Origin: Kondoa subrosea
Taxonomy: Eukaryota
NCBI GenBank assembly: GCA_039545335.1
Contig: BCIN01000003.1
Location: forward strand, 558,001 to 622,000
Length of the DNA: 64,000 nucleotides
Direction: 5' to 3'
Positions 58,104-64,000 of this stretch are shown piece by piece; within the stretch, counting starts at the first letter, position 1, and every line of letters begins with the position of its first letter. The translations under genes and the position numbers were made by a program. The notes beneath the pieces were generated by a model. It made no database searches, had not been told where the DNA came from, and worked only from the letters and a program-made list of their open reading frames with translations.

Positions 58104-59935
58104 ATGGTGGCATCTATAGCATGGCGAGCTGGTCTCGCATTAATATCAATATCTTTGTCTTCCGTCCAAGCGGCTTCTCCAACGCTTGATCTATCCAATG
58201 GTCCAGCCATCAAAGCAGCAGCAGGTCAAGCGTGAGTCACTGTTCCGTGAATTCCGAATCGTTACAAGCGCTTACATGGAATGGCAAACACCAGTCTTAG
58301 TAATCTTTTGAAATACTACTCGCCAAACCAAGGAGGCAATTTCGACACTGTTCAAACGCCCTGGCATGAATCAGGAATGATATGGTCTACCTTCTATGAT
58401 TACACTACTTGGGGCGGAGATCCTCAATTCAACAATTTGGTTACTTCTGCTTTGGCAAATCTGTCCTATGGTCCTACCCAAGATTTCTTGAATGGCGCGC
58501 AGAGCGAAGAAAGTGGTTTACTAGGCAAATGGAATGGTTCGTTGCTATGTCTCAAATAGAGAGAATCGTTCGGTCTTGATGGAGATTGTCAACAGACGAT
58601 ATTCTTTGGCCAGCGCAGGCAATCATCGCAGGAGGAGAAATCTATGGTCCTACTTCACAAATGCCCGGCGCCAGCGGTAATTGGATCGTTACACCTCAGA
58701 AGTGAGATTCTCGAGACCTCGACGATTAGACTTTGAATTCATTTGTGATCTAGAACGCTCGACGAGGTGTACGCTCCTGGTCAAATGGACGATCAATGCG
58801 GAGGAGGTATCTACTGGTCCCGCAATCGCAATGGGCAGAAGAATGACTACAAGAGTGTTATCGTCAGTCGAGACCTTGTTCGACTTCTGTTCATGTGTTG
58901 ACCGTGTGACAATAGACACACTTGGAATATATTCAAGTAGCAGCACGAACCTATCTAGCGAACCAGAACGAAACGCTGATCGATAATGCTGTCTCGCTTC
59001 TTGCTTGGTTGTTCAATAATGGATTGGGTTCCCTTTCGGAAGGCTTGATTTACGATGGTGTTAGTGCATCGAATTGTTTGAGTATCACAGGGAGTCAATG
59101 GGTAAGTGCTCCAAATCCAATAAGTGCCAAGCTTGATTTCTTGGCTGTCAGTCATACAATTATGGGTCAGTATGGGGTTTCACGATTGCGATGGCTCTAA
59201 AGACCGTAACAGAGAATTGATTGGCGCTTTGGCATGGATGCACAAAGCTACCGGGAACTCGACTTACCTCGATATGGCTTCACCTTTCGTAGCTACTTCT
59301 TTATCCAAATTTGCACCTAATGGAGTCATCGAAGAACTATGTGAGCCTGCTGGAACATGTAATCGAGATCAACAGGGTTTCAAGGTATGCTCTGACAATG
59401 ATACATTCGGTCATCCAAGGCTGATGCATGCGAGCAGGCTATATACGTCCGAAACCTCGCTTACTTGGTCAGAGAAACAACGAATCAGAACGATATAAAT
59501 TCGATCAAGTCTGTGATCGGAACAACTGTAGCTGCAATGGTACAAAACAGTTGTGATACATCCTGGAACTGCGGAGGTCAGTCTAAATAAGCGTGATCAT
59601 CGACAACGCTGATATTCTGTACGCAAGGCAACTGGACCACAGACAAAGGTCCAGTGGAATATGTTCGATCGCAACATGTTTCAGCAGCTCTTCTCGTTGC
59701 TTCGCTGGGCATGTTTCAAGATTCGACAGGCTCAGGTCTCAATCCAGCAAACATCAATGCACCTCAAGTACAGAGCACTTTCAATACTACAACAGGCGCT
59801 TCTTCGAGCAGATGCACGACGACTGGAAGTGTTACTAGTTGTCCTTTGGGCGATTCGGGCGCGAGTCAATTATCGAGGTGGAACGGTGGTGTAGTGCTTG
59901 GGTTGCTTCTTACTCTGCTGGCAGTGTATATGTAA
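58104..59935 (+). CDS. Glycoside hydrolase family 76 (Dcw1/Dfg5-like), secreted and probably GPI-anchored
   Basis: Signal peptide, PWHESGMIW, intron-split WNDDILW catalytic motif, CGGGIYW, YDGV, CNRDQQGFK, hydrophobic C-terminal GPI signal. Confidence 0.92.
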
Positions 59936-60086
59936 AGAGTTGACTTAATGGACAATTGTTATACTATAAGACGTAACGACAGCAGCGGCTCGCAAAAGCA
60001 CTAGAACTGCTAAAAGTCAAGAATCAGATTGGGAAGCATGTATTTACAGACAGTTCTAATCTAGCCATGTACAAGTTGAAGATTGC

Positions 60087-62335
60087 CTACTTTCGTGCTC
60101 CGAAGGTCTCGTGAGGATGGATCACTTGTAGGAGGATCATAGGTGGTCGGTCAATGTAACGAAACCAACTGTGCCCGAAACTTAGAGCGTCGACACCTAG
60201 ATGAAAATGTAAGACTTCTCTGATGGCAGAAAGTTGATTTGGTGCCAGCCATTCCGCTGAGGAATACTTGCGAGAATGTCTGTTGGCATTCAGCAGGCTT
60301 TCCATGTGGGAGATGTCAGGGAGCAAGCTTTCTAACGAGCCAAAAGTCTTCTGAAAAGCAGCGTGGAATTCCGCCTTTTCATGAAACAGCTTCTCCACTT
60401 CTTTCTCGATACGTCTACTTCTGCTGTTAATGGCTAGCTCTGCCATCTTCTGTTTTTGAGTCAGCTCGAATTTGAGCCTCGCATAATCTGCGTATATCTG
60501 TGATGCTTTGGGCTGATCGGGACAATGAAGCCAATTTGTCGTGAATTCTTCATAAACTGCTGATAAATGTAGAGATAAGAAAGCCCTGGTGCCTGCGTTG
60601 CCTACGAAATAGATTGCAGGATGAGGGTGCTCAGCAGATCCTGACAGGACGGATCGGTTTTAGCTATGCTCCGGTAACAGACAGAGAACTAACGATGAGC
60701 AAGGATTCGAGCCTGCGGCTTGTATCTCACTTGAAGTCCTGATGAATTGACATCGTCAGCGGTTGCGGTGCTAGCCAGGAAGAACACGGTGGCTTCGTGC
60801 AAGAAAGGCTTGACAATGCTTGCTTGTTCTTGTGGCTCGAGCTGCTGGAGCTCCTGGAATTTGAGAACTTTGGCAGTGCGATTGCTTATTCGTAGATCCT
60901 GACACATGCCGAAAATCTTGTTGTAGATCGGTGTTGTTCGATTTACATCTTTCCATTGGTCCTCTGGCTTGTACTCGGTTTTGGGATTGACGTGCTTCAT
61001 TACCAGGGGTGGGAAAAATTGGCCAGACAGACGGCCCAGAGCAAGGAAAATCCACATATTCAACTGGTCGATCTGCGTCGATCCTTGGAGGTGAAGTCGC
61101 AATTGGAGATCGTCGAGAGGAGGACGAAATCTAGCGATCCGCGTCAGCATGGCCAACAGTAGGTGTATAGTCTGACCTATGGCTGAAAGAGTTCACATTG
61201 CCACCATCGGCCACAATGTAGGCTGACAAGGTTGAAATAGGGCGAATCTTAGCTAGCAAAGTACCCAGTTGATCCAGACTGGTAATATCTTGCTGATGAA
61301 GGTGAAACCGATCAGGGAATTGTGCGGATATGATGTCCTTCATCAAGTTTTCACAGTTGTGCCAGCCGTATTGCTGCGGGTTTGGGTGCTTCTGATTCGG
61401 TTCCGAATATGCATCAGGGACCCAGTATTTGCTGAAGAGAAATCTGGTGAATAACATTTCTTGACCAGGCACAATATTGCCAGTATTCGCATAGGCCAAG
61501 AAGGAAGGCCAGTGGCTCTTAGTGGTGTCAGGAATAATACCTCCGAACACATCTTTCTCTGTACCGCCGAAAGGATATTTGTGAATCAAGTAGACAGTTG
61601 CGCCAGCATTGAGTAGAAGGGAAGAGGCGTAAAGTGCAAAGAAACCCCCACCAACGACGACGAAGTGCTTTCCGTGGAGCTGTACAGTCGGCTCCAGAAT
61701 CATATTGAGTGGCACATCTGGCAGCACAGGAAGATTCTTGGATGCGATAGAGCGGGGAAGCAGAAAGCGGTTGCCTGGTCTCCCTCCTACAGCTGCGTCA
61801 CGTTGGCTCTGAGCAATGTGACAGTCTCCGGCAAGTTGCTGAGATGTCAAGACTGGGAAGGGATATCGTTCTGCTTGAACGAAGCGACCTGGAAAGTGCT
61901 TCGATACATGCTTGACTTCTTCTGCGTGCAACTCGGAATGTATGGCTTGAACCTTGTCCCACTGCTCATGTCCTTGGCTGGGAAGGTCCTGTGGTATGAG
62001 CATTAGCAACTTGATTTCTAGAAAAGAATGACAAAGGGAAATCCAAGCCTTACCGAATTATTAGAATGCTCAAAAGCAGCATGAGAGGGGTATCTGCTGT
62101 TCCTATACGTGGCAGGGGCAGATGATACAGGTGGGGCTGCATCCCACCGTTCGTCAGTGACATTTGTCGTCTGTTATTTATCAAATGCAAACATTAGTTT
62201 GGCCATAATACCTGGGTCTAAGCTCACCGGCTTCCATTGACCGTCATGGATGTTGTGATATGAGAAATGGCCCGCTGCATCTCTGGCAACGGTATAACCA
62301 TTGACGGAACGGTATTCGATGGTTGACTGGCTCAT
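60087..62335 (-). CDS. Hypothetical protein with FAD/NAD(P)-binding Rossmann-like motif
   Basis: HFVVVGGGFFALYASSLLLNAGATVYLIHKYPFGG (beta-alpha-beta dinucleotide fold) and IVADG motif; multi-exon. Confidence 0.55.
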
Positions 62336-62736
62336 GATTTTCGAGCAAGAGATGGATTAGGAATAGGCAATGCGATTGAAGATCTGGAGTCAGAGCGAAT
62401 GAGAAAGAAGAGGGACGAGCCAGAAAGAACCAGGTTTTGTTTGACAGCTCAGCCACTCTGATCGTTTCAGGATGGGTCCTTCGGCTGTCTAAGGGAGATA
62501 TTGATTCAAGAGTAGTTGACAAAGCAGTAGAAGTAGAGAAGAAGAATAGACAAAAGGCATATTAAAGATTCGAAGTGCTAGCGAGGAAATATAGAATGAA
62601 AGGCTTCATGCAAGCATTGCATTGCTTGTCGCAAAATTCGCAGAGCAGACGACCATGTCTAGCGAGTTCACGGCACGACAGAAGACGCTGATTACCTCGT
62701 TGCTGCGAGTCGAAATAATTGCTTTCGCCTGCAGCC

Positions 62737-63210
62737 ATGTCACTCCTTCGCCAAAGTCTACTCAAGAGCTCTTCTATACGTACAACATGTCTACAGACTA
62801 GATTCGCATCGCATGGAGCAGCCTACAATGAGGTTCGCCATGCTTTCGTTTGACTGCATTCGGGTTCATCTGATCTCAATGTATTTCCAGCCGACCGGCA
62901 ATCTCTTCAGCGAGAAGGTCTGTCTCACTTTACAGCTGCTGGACTATATATGCTTAGGTTGCATGCGGATCGACAGCCTCTAGGGAAAGGGGAGAAACGG
63001 AAAATGGAAGATTGGGAGATGCCTTACTACATTGGCATGTTCGGCGGAATGGGTCTAGCTGCAGTCTTGCTCTTCTATAAGCCAGATACATCGTATGTTC
63101 TTTCACTTCGCTGCGTTGCATGAGCTCAGCATGACGGATAAATGTATAGAATCCAAACTTGGGCTAGGGCGGAGGCGATGAAGAGGTCGAAAGAAGCTGG
63201 TACGGCGTGA
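62737..63210 (+). CDS. NDUFB11: NADH:ubiquinone oxidoreductase ESSS subunit (4 exons; absent from ORF track)
   Basis: Spliced MSLLRQSLL...YNEPTGNLFSEKPLGKGEKRKMEDWEMPYYIGMFGGMGLAAVLLFYKPDTSIQTWARAEAMKR. Confidence 0.9.
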
Positions 63211-63431
63211 TACAGACATGTTGAGCAGAGCGAGAGTGGGAAGTGTACAGTTTATTCAATTTCAAGGGTCAATACTATGTTTGTGTCTGTCAAACATAGC
63301 CTGTTTCGTCTACCTCACGTCGCGCCCACTACAAAGAGACTTCAGCTAGGTCTCTACTTTCTTCTTGCTGCTCTGACGCCGAGTTATCGCGCTGTATTTC
63401 GAAACTCGGCGCTTGTTGTCTGCTAGCCATC

Positions 63432-64000
63432 ATGTCGCAGTCAGATCTCAGCGAAAGCAGCGGTCCTTCCCCTCCTGCCAGTCCTGCTCTGCCTTCCTCA
63501 GCAGCAGCAGCAAGAGGCAAGATGCTAGTGTATAGCCGGAAATCACTTCTCTCGCTTGCTGAGTCGCCTTTGGTTGGCCCTCCATCAGACATGCGCGAGC
63601 TCAAGGAGTGGTATGGGTGCGTCTGAGTATCATGCCTGTTGTCAATTAGCTTAGCGTCATTGACTCAATGCACAGCGAATATGAAACTCCAGCACATGCT
63701 TTACATTCATCTCCTCCCAACGCTCGCAGAGAGCCTTCAAACCGCCGTGTATGTCTCACTGTAGAGTTTCACTGATCTCTCTGCTCATTCAAAGGCCGAG
63801 CAGATACCCAGACAATTAGATGGAGAGAACGAATCTTATGGATCTATGGGCGATTTCAAATTACCAGCTTCAGGTGGAAATATGTCACGTCGGAACAGAC
63901 CTCACTTAGATCCTAGTACTTCTTCCCACACCAACACAACTTCCTCTTCTTCCACAAATGTTGAACCTCGTCCTATCAATGGTGCATTGGGAAATGATAA
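63432..64000 (+). CDS. 5' part of a low-complexity protein with an N-terminal eIF4E-binding-like motif; runs off right edge
   Basis: YSRKSLL fits YxxxxLphi, followed by SPLVGPP...LKEWYG; GT-AG introns. Confidence 0.55.

Noticed and set aside
61131..61177. Apparent frameshift between overlapping ORFs 61131-62009 and 60689-61156
   Set aside because: Explained by a normal GT-AG intron with a CTGAC branch point

Overview
Gene-dense, intron-rich eukaryotic DNA, very likely a basidiomycete fungus (possibly Pucciniomycotina; inferred from ~50-nt GT-AG introns with CTRAY branch points, many micro-exons and fungal housekeeping genes). About 25 protein-coding genes are supportable, including a LpxA-like O-acetyltransferase, NCS6/CTU1, ERG27, a mitochondrial RNB exoribonuclease, a Gemin2-like gene, PMA1, HOM2, MET10, PSA1, RPR2, RPC34, CPA1, CHD1, a GH76 enzyme and NDUFB11. 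No tRNA, rRNA, CRISPR array or recognisable transposon was seen. The standout structure is a second, inverted copy of only the 3' end of PMA1 (last 7 exons plus 3'UTR, ~31245-32428 on + versus ~18378-19562 on -). The two copies form a ~1.2-kb inverted repeat around an ~11.7-kb segment holding the PMA1 5' half and promoter, HOM2, an orphan gene and MET10. The headless copy shows a purifying-selection signature (22 synonymous vs 3 non-synonymous codon differences by my manual alignment). Its splice sites are intact, its innermost exon is decayed and one intron has shifted position. A perfect 15-bp hairpin covers the PMA1 splice donor just inside the left repeat edge. This points to a flip-flop inversion, trans-splicing or truncated-subunit system giving an essential H+ pump alternative 3' ends. 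A second highlight is an intron-split, divergent arginine attenuator peptide uORF upstream of CPA1 that lacks the canonical Trp. Exon boundaries were read by eye and gene extents include introns.
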